A stretch of 63,055 bases of DNA, the filler included, from Octopus bimaculoides (lineage: Eukaryota): NCBI RefSeq assembly GCF_001194135.2. It is 4 parts of 3 records of this genome, joined end to end, with 100 filler letters (N's around TTAATTAATTAA, not from the genome) between each part and the next. Parts side by side here need not be neighbours in the genome. Positions count along the whole stretch, not along the records: positions 23,394 to 45,766 come from NC_068988.1; 3 more parts are not named here. One strand, written 5' to 3'. Both the position numbers and the translations under genes were made by a program. Position 1 is the stretch's first letter, and the number at the start of each line of letters is the position of its first letter. The notes beneath the pieces were generated by a model, which was not told the origin of the DNA, did not search any database, and was given only the letters and a program-made list of their open reading frames with translations. Of the stretch, positions 25,519-38,129 are shown one piece after another.

Positions 25519-26043
25519 CGACGACGACGACGATAACTATAGCAACAGCAACAACAGCACACAACCACAGCAGCAACAACATCAATAACAATACTGTTAG
25601 CGTTGTCAGCACTACTGCTTCCACCCCCGCCACCTCTACAACTACCAACGACATAATAATATCATTCACCTACTTAGCAGCAGCAGCAACAATAACAACA
25701 ACAACAACAACAGCGATAACAAAGACATCATCATCATCATCATCATCACCATTACTATCCTCATACTCTTCGCCCACAAATCATCATCATCAACATGGCT
25801 ATCATCGTCATCGTTTTCTTCTGACGCCTCTTCCTCCATCATCATCATCATCATCGTCATTGCCGTCGTCATCATTATCGTCATCATCGTCGTCATTATC
25901 ATCATCATCATCATCATCATCATCACCACCACCACCATCATCGTCATCATCATCATAACAATCGCCGACATCATCATCATCATCATCATCATCATCACCA
26001 CCACCACCACCACCATCATCGTCGTCATCATAACAATCGCCGA

Positions 26044-26078
<35 letters not shown>

Positions 26079-26387
26079 CCACCACCACCACCATCATCGT
26101 CATCATCATCATAACAATCGCCGACATCATCATCATCATCCNNNNNNNNNNNNNNNNNNNNNNNNNNNNNNNNNNNNNNNNNNNNNNNNNNNNNNNNNNN
26201 NNNNNNNNNNNNNNATCATTATCGTCATCATCGTCGTCATTATCATCATCATCATCATCATCATCATCACCACCACCACCATCATCGTCATCATCATCAT
26301 AACAATCGCCGACATCATCATCATCATCATCATCATCATCACCACCACCACCACCACCATCATCGTCGTCATCATAACAATCGCCGA

Positions 26388-26422
<35 letters not shown>

Positions 26423-26829
26423 CCACCACCACCACCATCATCGTCATCATCATCATAACAATCGCCGACATCATCATCATCATCCTTGTCGTCGTCGTCG
26501 TCGTCATGGTCGAGAATCACCAAAAGCAAAGCAGGACAAAAAAATGTGTACCGGATCCAGCGTGACCGAAGTTAAATGGCTGGAAGCAATAAACCAAATA
26601 AACCAAATAAACGTAGGACACAGCATCAACAACAACGACAACAACAGTTGCTGCAGCAGATGCAGCGGTGACAGCAGGATCATTAACCTTAATCTTTTAA
26701 TAACCATCAAAACACCACCACCAACACCAGCACCGCAACCATCACCATCACCACTACCACTACCAACACCATCACCGCCCCCAATCCACCACAACCGACC
26801 CCACCCCACCGCCCCAAAGCAACCGTCAT

Positions 26830-26863
<34 letters not shown>

Positions 26864-27131
26864 GCTGCTGCTACTGCTGCTGCTGCTGCTACTGCTACTA
26901 CTACTACGACTACTACTACTACTACTACTGCTACTGCTGCAACTACTACTACTACTGCTGCTGCTACTAGTACTACTACTAGTACTACTACTAGTACTAC
27001 TACTACTACTACTACTGCTGCTGCTGCTTCTGCTACTACTACTACTACTACTACTACTACTGCTGCTGCTGCTACTAGTACTACTACTAGTACTACTACT
27101 ACTACTACTACTACTGCTGCTGCTGCTTCTG

Positions 27132-27163
<32 letters not shown>

Positions 27164-27190
27164 GCTGCCGCTGCTGCTGCTGCTGTCACT
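25265..27190. repeat. Trinucleotide repeat field, including a ~70-80-bp higher-order (CAT)n(CAC)n-aacaatcgccga minisatellite (25860-26500) and a (TAC)n(TGC)n higher-order repeat (26830-27190)
   Basis: Direct reading. Confidence 0.9.
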
Positions 27191-28364
27191 ACTGCTACGA
27201 TGACAACGATTGCAAAACATTTCTCGGCATCCCATTTCTCAACCCACCTTTACCTTCTAAACAAGTCATGTTTTCTGTCCTACATAATTTTTTTTTTCTT
27301 GTTTNNNNNNNNNNNNNNNNNNNNNNNNNNNNNNNNNNNNNNNNNNNNNNNNNNNNNNNNNNNNNNNNNNNNNNNNNNNNNNNNNNNNNNNNNNNNNNNN
27401 NNNNNNNNNNNNNNNNNNNNNNNNNNNNNNNNNNNNNNNNNNNNNNNNNNNNNNNNNNNNNNNNNNNNNNNNNNNNNNNNNNNNNNNNNNNNNNNNNNNN
27501 NNNNNNNNNNNNNNNNNNNNNNNNNNNNNNNNNNNNNNNNNNNNNNNNNNNNNNNNNNNNNNNNNNNNNNNNNNNNNNNNNNNNNNNNNNNNNNNNNNNN
27601 NNNNNNNNNNNNNNNNNNNNNNNNNNNNNNNNNNNNNNNNNNNNNNNNNNNNNNNNNNNNNNNNNNNNNNNNNNNNNNNNNNNNNNNNNNNNNNNNNNNN
27701 NNNNNNNNNNNNNNNNNNNNNNNNNNNNNNNNNNNNNNNNNNNNNNNNNNNNNNNNNNNNNNNNNNNNNNNNNNNNNNNNNNNNNNNNNNNNNNNNNNNN
27801 NNNNNNNNNNNNNNNNNNNNNNNNNNNNNNNNNNNNNNNNNNNNNNNNNNNNNNNNNNNNNNNNNNNNNNNNNNNNNNNNNNNNNNNNNNNNNNNNNNNN
27901 NNNNNNNNNNNNNNNNNNNNNNNNCACCACCACCACCACTACTACCAGCATCGTCATCACTGCACTGTCACAGGCACGTAAAAGATAAGGCTGTGTGTGT
28001 GTGTGTGTGTGTGCGCATGCGTATCCGGAAGTACCCGTTTGTATGTGCTTGCGTGTTTCGTTGCAGGTTAGCTTTGGGAGAACCGACCCTAACCCTTGCA
28101 CATGCGCACGTAGGTACACATACACGTACACGAACACACGTGTACCCCGGCTTCCCAACACCCGAGCCAAGCATTACTTGAGTACAATAATGAACTGTTT
28201 TTATCAGCCTGCAAGGTTTCAGGGTGCAGAAACACAACAGGTGTTCAACCTTGTTTCACACTGATTACTTCAACAGACAGACAACCAAGCTGTTGTTTTC
28301 TGTTTTTCTTCACATATATCCTTACCCGGTTTCCTTTTCCCCCGAATCAATTTCTTTTGTCTTT

Positions 28365-28415
<51 letters not shown>

Positions 28416-28513
28416 ATTTCTTCCTTTCTTTCCTTCTTTCTTTCTTTTTTTTTCTTTCTTTCTTTCTTTCTTTCTTTCTTTCCTTCCTTCCTTCTTTCTT
28501 TCTTTCCTTCTCG

Positions 28514-28564
<51 letters not shown>

Positions 28565-29639
28565 TCNNNNNNNNNNNNNNNNNNNNNNNNNNNNNNNNNN
28601 NNNNNNNNNNNNNNNNNNNNNNNNNNNNNNNNNNNNNNNNNNNNNNNNNNNNNNNNNNNNNNNNNNNNNNNNNNNNNNNNNNNNNNNNNNNNNNNNNNNN
28701 NNNNNNNNNNNNNNNNNNNNNNNNNNNNNNNNNNNNNNNNNNNNNNNNNNNNNNNNNNNNNNNNNNNNNNNNNNNNNNNNNNNNNNNNNNNNNNNNNNNN
28801 NNNNNNNNNNNNNNNNNNNNNNNNNNNNNNNNNNNNNNNNNNNNNNNNNNNNNNNNNNNNNNNNNNNNNNNNNNNNNNNNNNNNNNNNNNNNNNNNNNNN
28901 NNNNNNNNNNNNNNNNNNNNNNNNNNNNNNNNNNNNNNNNNNNNNNNNNNNNNNNNNNNNNNNNNNNNNNNNNNNNNNNNNNNNNNNNNNNNNNNNNNNN
29001 NNNNNNNNNNNNNNNNNNNNNNNNNNNNNNNNNNNNNNNNNNNNNNNNNNNNNNNNNNNNNNNNNNNNNNNNNNNNNNNNNNNNNNNNNNNNNNNNNNNN
29101 NNNNNNNNNNNNNNNNNNNNNNNNNNNNNNNNNNNNNNNNNNNNNNNNNNNNNNNNNNNNNNNNNNATGCATACATGTATATATGTATGCATCTATGTAT
29201 ATGTGTATCTATGCATGCATGTACGCATGTGTGTACATTTGTATGTGTATATATGTATCAACATGTGTAGATATTTATGTCTATTACTACATGCATTGTG
29301 TGTATACACACGCACGCAAACATATATACGTGCATACATACATTGTATGGATCTGTATGCAAGTACATATATGCAAGTACCTTTGTACACATGCGTGCAA
29401 GAAAAGTACTGTTTGTATGGATGTGGATAGAAATACATACATACATACATACATACATGCGTGCATGCATACATACATACATACATACATACATACATGT
29501 ATGTGCCTATGGTTCAGCACTATTATCATTAATTTATAAAGATTTATATGAACCAAACTTTTCTTCTGTTCTGGGAACAACCTCATCTGCTTTCTTAATT
29601 ACTATTTGTTTTTTTCGTAAGGCGACGAGCTGCTATAAT

Positions 29640-29995
29640 CGTTAGCACGCCGGACAAAATGCTTAGCACAGCCTCATTTGCTCTCGTTATTATTTTTCAT
29701 GTTTTTAGTTGGACCAATAAATTTTGTCTATGCTGTTTAGAATTATTTTAGCTTATTTTAGAGTCCTGGTTGATCACCTAGGTTGTCTAATACATAGTGC
29801 TGGTCCTGAAGTAAGATACACAGTTCTACTAGGTTTGTCTGAAAGTTCTAAATTTAGTTGGAGAGTAAGAGCACCATTGAAGACTTCTACTTTATGTAAT
29901 GTATTGAAGGCAATCAGCTTATCGACACCTAATACTCTAAAAGTTATACTTCATCTGCAAAACAAACGAAACACTCGCCAGTTTTATTGTCTTAA
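29640..29995 (-). mobile_element. Old RTE-like LINE fragment
   Basis: Frameshifted AFNTLHKV...KIILNSIDKIYW...ITRANEAVL resembles the RTE post-RT region. Confidence 0.45.
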
Positions 29996-30063
29996 TAATG
30001 CTTTGGTGTAGCAATAATATAAGCATAGAGCTGAAGATTCGTTTATAAAAAACAACAATACTA

Positions 30064-30640
30064 CCAATAGCGATCTATGCAGCTGAGACCTCGAAGATGA
30101 CAGCAAAAATTGCCCACCAACTCGACGTATTTTATCAGCGGTGTCTCAGAAAGATCCAAAGAATACGATATCGAGAGAGAGTGGCAAATGAAGCCATTCT
30201 CCAAGCAGCAAGAATAAGGCCTCTGTATGCAATTGTAACTGAACGATGAATGACAATGGCTGGACACATACTAAGACTGCCAGAGGAGAGGCTTGCCAAA
30301 ACAGCCATGGGCTGGATGCTGCTGGAAGGTAATCGAAAAAGAGGCCGGCCAAGGAAGACATGGTATAGCACTTTCAAAGAAGACCTACACAGACAGAACA
30401 TCACTTGGGAAGAAGCATACCGGTTGGCCAGAGACAGAGATAATTGGTGATCACTGACTCACTGACTGCTCGATGTGTTGCTCAAAGACACCAACGGGCA
30501 GAAGAAAAAGAAGAAGAAGAAGAAGAAGAAGAAGAAGAAGAAGAAGAAGAAGAAGAAGAAGAAGAAGAAGGAGGAGGAGGAGGAGGAGGAGGAGGAGGAG
30601 GAGGAGGAGAAGAAGAAGAAGAAGAAGAAGAAGAAGAAGA
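30064..30640 (+). mobile_element. RTE-clade LINE 3' end with (GAA/GGA)n tail
   Basis: PIAIYAAETSKMT..LDVFYQRCLRKI..MAGHILRLPEERLAKTAMGW..RKRGRPRKTW..LARDRDNW*, followed by a trinucleotide tail at 30500-30640. Confidence 0.92.
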
Positions 30641-32569
30641 ACGTTGCGACAGCGAGTAGTTCCAACACTGCTTCGTTTTACAACCTAGTGAATCGGGGCT
30701 ATTTGAGAGATAAGAGTCTTAGCTAAGGACTCGACAAAGTGCTGTAGGTAGACGATACAAGGTTTCATGGGTCTCCATACAACGCTACAAATATTAGTTG
30801 CAAGTATTGTTGTTGTTGCTGTTAATATATGCAGGTTCAGATTTGTGACTTCTTGGTGTCTTTTCACTTAAGCGAAGTAAACCGACAGAATCCTTAGAGC
30901 ATCAGACAAAATACCTGGTGGTATTTGTTCCGAGTCTTTTCATTCTTATTTAGTTGAGGCTCTTTACCTTCTGACTCTGAATCCCATCAATGTCACCTTG
31001 TCTGGTTAATAGAATTTAGTACCAGTCAAGTGCAACAGTGGGGTTAATCCGACTGCTGATCTGTACCAGCATGCGATGGTATAGACACTAAATCCTGCAA
31101 TGCATTTATTCGGCATTCTAAAACCTTTGCCACTTCACTGTCCAGTAGAGTAGCTCTGGGGAACGATGTGTTGAGCAGGGGTCCACTACAAGCGACGCTT
31201 TTATGGGAGCAGTACTTTTGGGCTGCTGTATAAGCCCGTAAAAAAGGACGGAGAATCTCTATGCACGTCACTGTCATTTTCCGCTTAGTTATATGTATTT
31301 CTGACTCTACCATTACCACATTAATGTAGTCGGGTCACTCAACATGTAACTCCGTACAACCTGTTGTATGGTCGGGTCGCCGGCGACTAAACCGGCAACC
31401 CCACCGAGCTTGCTTGATGAAGAAGATGAAGAGGACACCCTGCAGAATGGAAAGCAAAACAAGTCAAAGGGCGGAGTAACTCGTAAAAGTCAACAGCCAT
31501 CCAGTAGGGTCTATATAAAAGAGTTAACCTCAATGAGGAAAACTCCCCGAGCTAGGGTCACGGCGAAGTCATGGGAAGTAGCGTGGCAGATGTGAAGGTG
31601 GGCGTATTGATCTTCATTCAACGGATGATGTTTATTCGGCAAAACTACACAACACACTCTGGGTGAAAGAGCCTCTTCGGCCAACGGTCAGCCTAGAGTC
31701 AGCTAATCCAGTTAGCGGATTACTGCCGGTTGATAGAACTGGCGATTCATCAACTCACTTTGGCTACTTGAAAACATTATAGAGTTTTGGAACCTCGCAG
31801 TGTCACCAATTGAAGTTTGATGACTAGTAATAGAAGTAATGTAGGTGATACAAACGAACCTGTCCGTAGGCTGACAACTTAACTATTGCAAGTGTACGTT
31901 TATAGCTGAACAAACAAGGGAGCATTTACGTGGTTGCTAGACCTACTAGACATAACAACCAAATCTCTCTGGAGTTGCACCCGAACGTCAAGTAAAGGGA
32001 AATGCACGTTGGATAATATAGTTCTTCATATGCAACGTTGGGACTATGGCTGGGACGCCAATTTCCTTAGGCCCGTTCAGTCAAGGAAGTCCTGGGGTTA
32101 AACAACAACACGTTCCTGATGTAGCGAAATTAAATAGAAATTGAATCTGAAATTCTAACGACATGAATATGAGTCGTCTGTATAATTTATATATCAGGGT
32201 CAACAACCTGATGTTGACACCAATTTAGTAAGGTTAACAAACGTTATGTTATGTGTATGCATGTACGGATGTACGTATGTATGTATGTATGTGTGTGTAT
32301 GTATGTATGTATGTATGTGTGTGTGTATGTATGTGTGTGTATGTATGTATGTATGTATGTATGTATGTATGTATGTATGTATTGTATTGTATTGCATTGT
32401 ATTGTATTGTATTGTATTGTATAGCTAAATGTGTGTCGAGTCGATGAATTGGCAGTCATTAACATGTTCTGTAGTATTTATTACGGTTTTCTGCATTCAA
32501 AGTTCAAATCTCATTGAGGTCAATTTTGTCTTTCAGGGTCGAGACACACACATACACGCGCGCACGTAC

Positions 32570-32737
32570 ACATGTGCACATACACACATAAACGTGTCGC
32601 TGTGGTAAGAAAGCTTGCTTTTCAACCACATAGTTCTGGGTTCAGTCACAATGCGTGGCACTTTGGGCAAGTGTTTTCTACTCGATTCAGCCAAAGCCTT
32701 GTGAGTGGATTTGGTAGACGAAACAGACAGAAGCCTG

Positions 32738-32783
<46 letters not shown>

Positions 32784-33105
32784 AACACACACACACACAC
32801 ACATACATGTACATATATATGTGTGTATGTATGTATGTGTGTATGTTTGTATGTTTGTGTGTGAGTGTGTGCGTGTGTGTGTATAACTAAGTGTGTGTGT
32901 CTTTCTGTTTGTGTATGTTCCCCACCATCACTTGATAACTGCTGTTGACGTGTTTACACCCTCGCAGACTAGCGGTTCGGCAAAAGATACTGACAGAATA
33001 AGTATCAGGCCTAAAAACATATGTACTGAGTCGATCCATTCGACTAAAATTCTTCAAGTGGGTGACCCAGCATGGCTGCAATTTAATGATTGAAACAGGT
33101 AATAA
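32570..33105 (+). mobile_element. SINE family A, diverged
   Basis: ctgtggtaagaaagcttgc...ccaaagccttgtgagtggatttggtagacg...cccagcatggctgca. Confidence 0.85.
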
Positions 33106-33121
33106 GAATATGGTACATACA

Positions 33122-33155
<34 letters not shown>

Positions 33156-33159
33156 CATA

Positions 33160-33385
33160 TGAGGGATAGTGGGTGCTGAAAAGTTCCTGCCTTTGAGTAA
33201 AATAAAATACAGGAGGTTCAGTCAATTATGATTGTATTCAACACATTTCCCTCTCAGATTCACACACTTATTGCAATGGTCCTTCAGTTTTTTAAGTCAT
33301 GTAAAAGAACTCGGAAAGTTGGGCCTCCAGCAAGCCCTTTCGCGATACCTTTTAAACCAGAAACTTATCGGCATCCCTTCGTGTT
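33160..33385 (+). mobile_element. Mariner-type terminal fragment
   Basis: gagggatagtgggtgctgaaaagttcctg resembles mariner termini (TA-CGAGGG..TGAAAAGTTC); the partner end was not found. Confidence 0.5.
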
Positions 33386-33574
33386 TATACAGACACGAAC
33401 ATACATACGCATGAGAGCTGTATCGAAGATAATGCAAAAGTGGGCATAACTTTTTTTATTAACTGACTTTGGTCTTTATTAACTGACTTTGGTTGTCCAA
33501 GCTGCATTTGTAGCTAGAGTAACTCTTCATCAATAGTGATTTGTCTACCTGTTCTTTTTTGCCTCAGGCAAAAA

Positions 33575-33770
33575 ATAGGCTCCATGCAGAAGCAACGTGT
33601 TGTCAATGAGTTCTTGACGTTGGTGAGATATAGGCTGTCCAACGTCCAAAGAATGCTACCGGCTGTCTTCGAGATGACACTATTGACAAGAGTATTGTGC
33701 ATAGATAAAGAGGTTTAAAGGAAGGGAGAAACCAGCAATGAAGACAAACCGCTCAGAGGGGAGAACTTTA
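33575..33770 (+). mobile_element. Mariner transposase N-terminal HTH fragment
   Basis: MQKQRVVNEFLT...then, after a frameshift, DDTIDKSIVHR...GETSNEDKPLRG, matching the mariner KQRAVIEFL..STVxRW..SxxDxPRSGRP pattern. Confidence 0.7.
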
Positions 33771-34212
33771 ACTCTGACCAGTGATACATGTTGCCAGCGA
33801 GTAAAGTAATCGCTTCGATCGGGCAGACAAGTCATGATCCGTGAACTTGCTGCGCAACGAGACTGTGGTCGCAGGGTGTGAGTGTAGATGGATGGTTCTC
33901 CGTCACTCGATGACGAGGATTCAGCTGTTTGATCAACTGAGTTACCTGCTCATTGAATTAGAAGGGCAATTGGTTGAGCATTCCACAGATATGTGTAACC
34001 TTAACGTAATTCACTGATGTAACTAGCTGGACACGGCGTGCCACGAGGCTGTACCCTTTGAATTACATGTAAAGTCTATCGCAGAGCATGCAACTCAGTT
34101 TCAATCACAATGTACGGGTTACCAGAGACTATAGAAAATGACACTGCCATGCAGTGGAATCGAGACTTGGAATCGAGCCTCGTACTCATTCGGTCAACTC
34201 TACCTAGTATAT

Positions 34213-34216
<4 letters not shown>

Positions 34217-34279
<63 letters not shown>

Positions 34280-34573
34280 NNNNNNNNNNNNNNNNNNNNN
34301 NNNNNNNNNNNNNNNNNNNNNNNNNNNNNNNNNNNNNNNNNNNNNNNNNNNNNNNNNNNNNNNNNNNNNNNNNNNNNNNNNNNNNNNNNNNNNNNNNNNN
34401 NNNNNNNNNNNNNNNNNNNNNNNNNNNNNNNNNNNNNNNNNNNNNNNNNNNNNNNNNNNNNNNNNNNNNNNNNNNNNNNNNNNNNNNNNNNNNNNNNNNN
34501 NNNNNNNNNNNNNNNNNNNNNNNNNNNNNNNNNNNNNNNNNNNNNNNNNNNNNNNNNNNNNNNNNNNNNNNNN

Positions 34574-34636
<63 letters not shown>

Positions 34637-34872
34637 GCGCGCACACACACACATATATAGTATTTTAATGTCTAAACTATACTCTACTACAGAGCATAAT
34701 GAGAGATTTTGTCAGCCTGGCATTCAAGAGACGAATGTAAACACCCTGTCAATATACACAGTATATTCATAGACAGAAGAATAAGGGACAATCGGACTAT
34801 TTCAATCCTGTATCGGGATTTAACGAACGATTGAGTATCCTCTTTCACTGTCCACAAACAGACTGTTTCTAA
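34217..34872 (-). mobile_element. Insertion bounded by a 15-bp direct repeat, with microsatellite tail
   Basis: acctagtatataagt at 34202-34216 and 34873-34887, enclosing ~230 bp of unique sequence plus (CA)/(CT)/(TG) repeats and a gap. Confidence 0.7.
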
Positions 34873-36383
34873 ACCTAGTATATAAGTAAATTCCTTTCAC
34901 TAATTTGGATATATCATGCATCCTTGGCAGCTGGTTCGATTAATAAATAATTGATACAGTTACAATGTTTTTTATTTCAATGCTGCACTGCACTACAGAA
35001 AAATATTCATAGATTTTAGATTCTTATACAAAATAAACAAGGTATCTATATACAGTTTACTAAATTATATATAGCGTAACCTGTAATACAATATAGCACT
35101 GATACAAAGCATTGTCAATGTAAGGTAATTTAATTGGTTTCTCACGAAATGAACAAAAATAGCCTGTTTAATTTACATATCAGTTATGTTGTAGGGTCAA
35201 CCACCTGATGTTAATATTGTTAGTTATTGTCGAGACGGGTAATTGATTCGTTCGTGATATTTGCTCCGGTTTCCTTCGCACCGAGTTCAAAAACCGGCGA
35301 GGTGAATTTTGCCTGTCACCCGTTTAAAATCGATAAGTATTTATCAAGTAGTGAGGCCCGTTCTTTTTTCCACTTACGGCCTATAAAAGGAGGCAGGGTT
35401 CAAACCGAGGCATTGGTCAGGCACCCCAAGAGCCAAAGGAGGTTCCATAAATATCTGACCGGTCACTCCATCAGACAAAAGAAAAAAAGAAAGAAATCGA
35501 GCAGCTTTGAATTTTGAGAGGATCCGCCGCTGCAGGAGGTCTGAAAACAGTCCTGTTTCTTCAGTGGACCAGCTTCCACCGTCTTAGAATTGGCTATTTT
35601 GAGTTTTGCTAAATACACACACACGGCCATGGAATGCAACAGGAAACCACTTACGTATTCTCTTGCGAATATTCACTGCGTAACTCCTATAATAAATCGA
35701 TCTAATTGACTACCCGCTCTCTCAAAATTTCAGGCATTCTGCCCATAGCAGAAAAGATATCAATAATTTCCTTCAAAACGAGCATGGATATCAAAACTTC
35801 TTGCTTCTCATTCGTATAAATTTAGTAAAGAAATTCATGTTTACAGTAATAAGAAGTTGTAGTATTATGCTCTCCACAAGTCAAATCGCCAAAATCTAGT
35901 TTCAAATCGAACAACGGCTCATTACATTGTAAGTTCAAATCACGCCGCGGGGTCAACATCTTTGTGGGGGAATAAAGTGCTAATCAAGCACTGGACTTCA
36001 GTGATTAACACCTCCACTCCCACCCCATCTCACACACACACCAAAAAAATTGCTGGCTTTGTGTCTTAATTAGAAACTACTAGAGTGGTGAATTGGTTTA
36101 GACGAAGCCATGTACTTATTCTGTCATTCTCTTTTGCCGAACCGTTAAGTTACGAAGACATAAACAAACCAATAGCTGTTATCAAGCGCCGGTGATGAAA
36201 CAAACAAACACACACACACACACATACGCGCACACATACACACACACATACACACACACACATAATATATACAGTATATATACACATGTACATATGAATG
36301 AATACGCGCGTGTGTGTGTATGCGTGTATATGTGCCCATATATGCGTATGTGTGTGTGTGCGTATGCGTGTTCTTCCAAGCTT

Positions 36384-36416
<33 letters not shown>

Positions 36417-36709
36417 TGCAGACGTGCGCGTGCGTACCCATGTTCAGATGTGCACACTTGCATCAATATACACATGCACGCAAAACTATATGAGCGTGTC
36501 TGCACACCCACATATAGAACTATATACTTGCACATGCCGCCCATCCTCACTTCTCCCCCCCCCCCCCACAACAACAACCNNNNNNNNNNCTCACTTCTCC
36601 CCCCCCCCCACAACAACAACCTGACTGACTTCTAGTCTATTTCTTGTCTTCCTGTTCGCCATGCAGTATTTTCCAACTAACTATTACCCATATACCAACA
36701 TCAAATCAC

Positions 36710-36915
36710 GACACCACGTGACCTTCCTCGACCAATCGCAGCCCACCTTACGGTAATAACAATCAACTTCTGTCATTCAAATTCAAAATGGCTGACATCT
36801 AGCATCGCGGTTGAAGCTCAACAGTACCAACGAATTTGAATCAAGCTGTTTTGATCCATACATGTAACTCACGATGAGTTACATGTATGAGTTACATGCA
36901 CTCACGATTGGTTGA
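36710..36915. promoter_or_regulatory. Candidate promoter-like motif cluster
   Basis: CACGTG 36715-36720, CCAAT 36732-36736, CAAAATGGC 36784-36792, 15-bp-arm palindrome 36857-36889. Motifs only, no transcript evidence. Confidence 0.25.
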
Positions 36916-36945
36916 GTGCCCTTCTTTCGTTTGTCCACTCACTCG

Positions 36946-36983
<38 letters not shown>

Positions 36984-36984
<1 letters not shown>

Positions 36985-37259
36985 TTTATTTAAAAGCAGC
37001 AGAAATATAACAAAAAAAACCGTTACTCTGAGTTTCACGTTCCCGTTCATCGGACAGTTTTTGTTAGAGTAACGGTTTTTTTTGTTATATTTCTGCTGCT
37101 TTTAAATAAAGCNNNNNNNNNNNNNNNNNNNNNNNNNNNNNNNNNNNNNNNNNNNNNNNNNNNNNNNNNNNNNNNNNNNNNNAATAAAGCATATTACTCT
37201 ACCTCTGGTATTTGAGTACTCTTTTTTCCACCTTGTTGCACATTTCATGTGCTTACTCC

Positions 37260-37260
<1 letters not shown>
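36984..37260. mobile_element. Short repeat with perfect 46-bp inverted arms (36984-37029 / 37066-37111) and a central hammerhead-like motif
   Basis: ctttatttaaaagcagcagaaatataacaaaaaaaaccgttactct and its exact reverse complement; the right arm continues after the gap as aataaagcatattactctacc. Confidence 0.85.
37020..37057 (-). ncRNA. Minimal type I hammerhead-like motif (U4C variant)
   Basis: CTGT-CCGATGA-ACG GGAA CGT-GAA-ACTC A GAGT-A-ACGG: all three stems pair. Confidence 0.55.
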
Positions 37261-37305
<45 letters not shown>

Positions 37306-37507
37306 TATATATTTATATATAACAAAAATACGTATGGACAAAATCACATCTTTAATTGTAGAATTCACCTTACAAAGCCAACAATTGTTTTTATTGTTTT
37401 AACATTCTTAGATATAGATATAGAAAATACTATTGAAATTAATATTCCCGAAAATACATGTTAACACAACGTTTTCAAGGAAATCCCAAATTAGTTAACT
37501 TGAAAGC

Positions 37508-37586
<79 letters not shown>

Positions 37587-37789
37587 ACATATATATATTC
37601 TTTTAAACTTTTACTTGTTTCAGTCATTTGACTACGTCTATACTGGAGCACCGCCTTATATATACATGCATACATACATATATATGTATATACACACACA
37701 TACACACACATACGCGCAGACACACACACATACACACACACACACACATGTACACATACACACATACATATATATATAGGGTTTTTTTT

Positions 37790-37940
37790 TCATTCTCTAT
37801 TTACTTCCTCTTATTCCTTTCTGTCCAAGACCGTAGGCTCGAAACGTAAAAGATTTTCTCATTTTCCCGAGCGTCAAACTAATACACTTGCTTGTTGTTC
37901 CTACACTTGTCTTCGTTTTGGTTTTTCTATAAATTTGAAC
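37790..37940 (+). mobile_element. Short repeat with decayed hammerhead (pLTR-like)
   Basis: cttt-ctgtcca-agaccgtaggctc-gaaacgta-aaag at 37817-37852. Confidence 0.4.
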
Positions 37941-37966
37941 TATATACATACATACATGCATACATA

Positions 37967-37999
<33 letters not shown>

Positions 38000-38009
38000 C
38001 GCACGCGCG

Positions 38010-38045
<36 letters not shown>

Positions 38046-38063
38046 NNNNNNNNNNCACGCGCG

Positions 38064-38119
<56 letters not shown>

Positions 38120-38129
38120 ATTAATAAAA

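Noticed and set aside
36545-36620. Duplicated ctcacttctc(c)n acaacaacaac (similar case at 37990-38110)
   Set aside because: It flanks a 10-N gap, so it is an assembly overlap.
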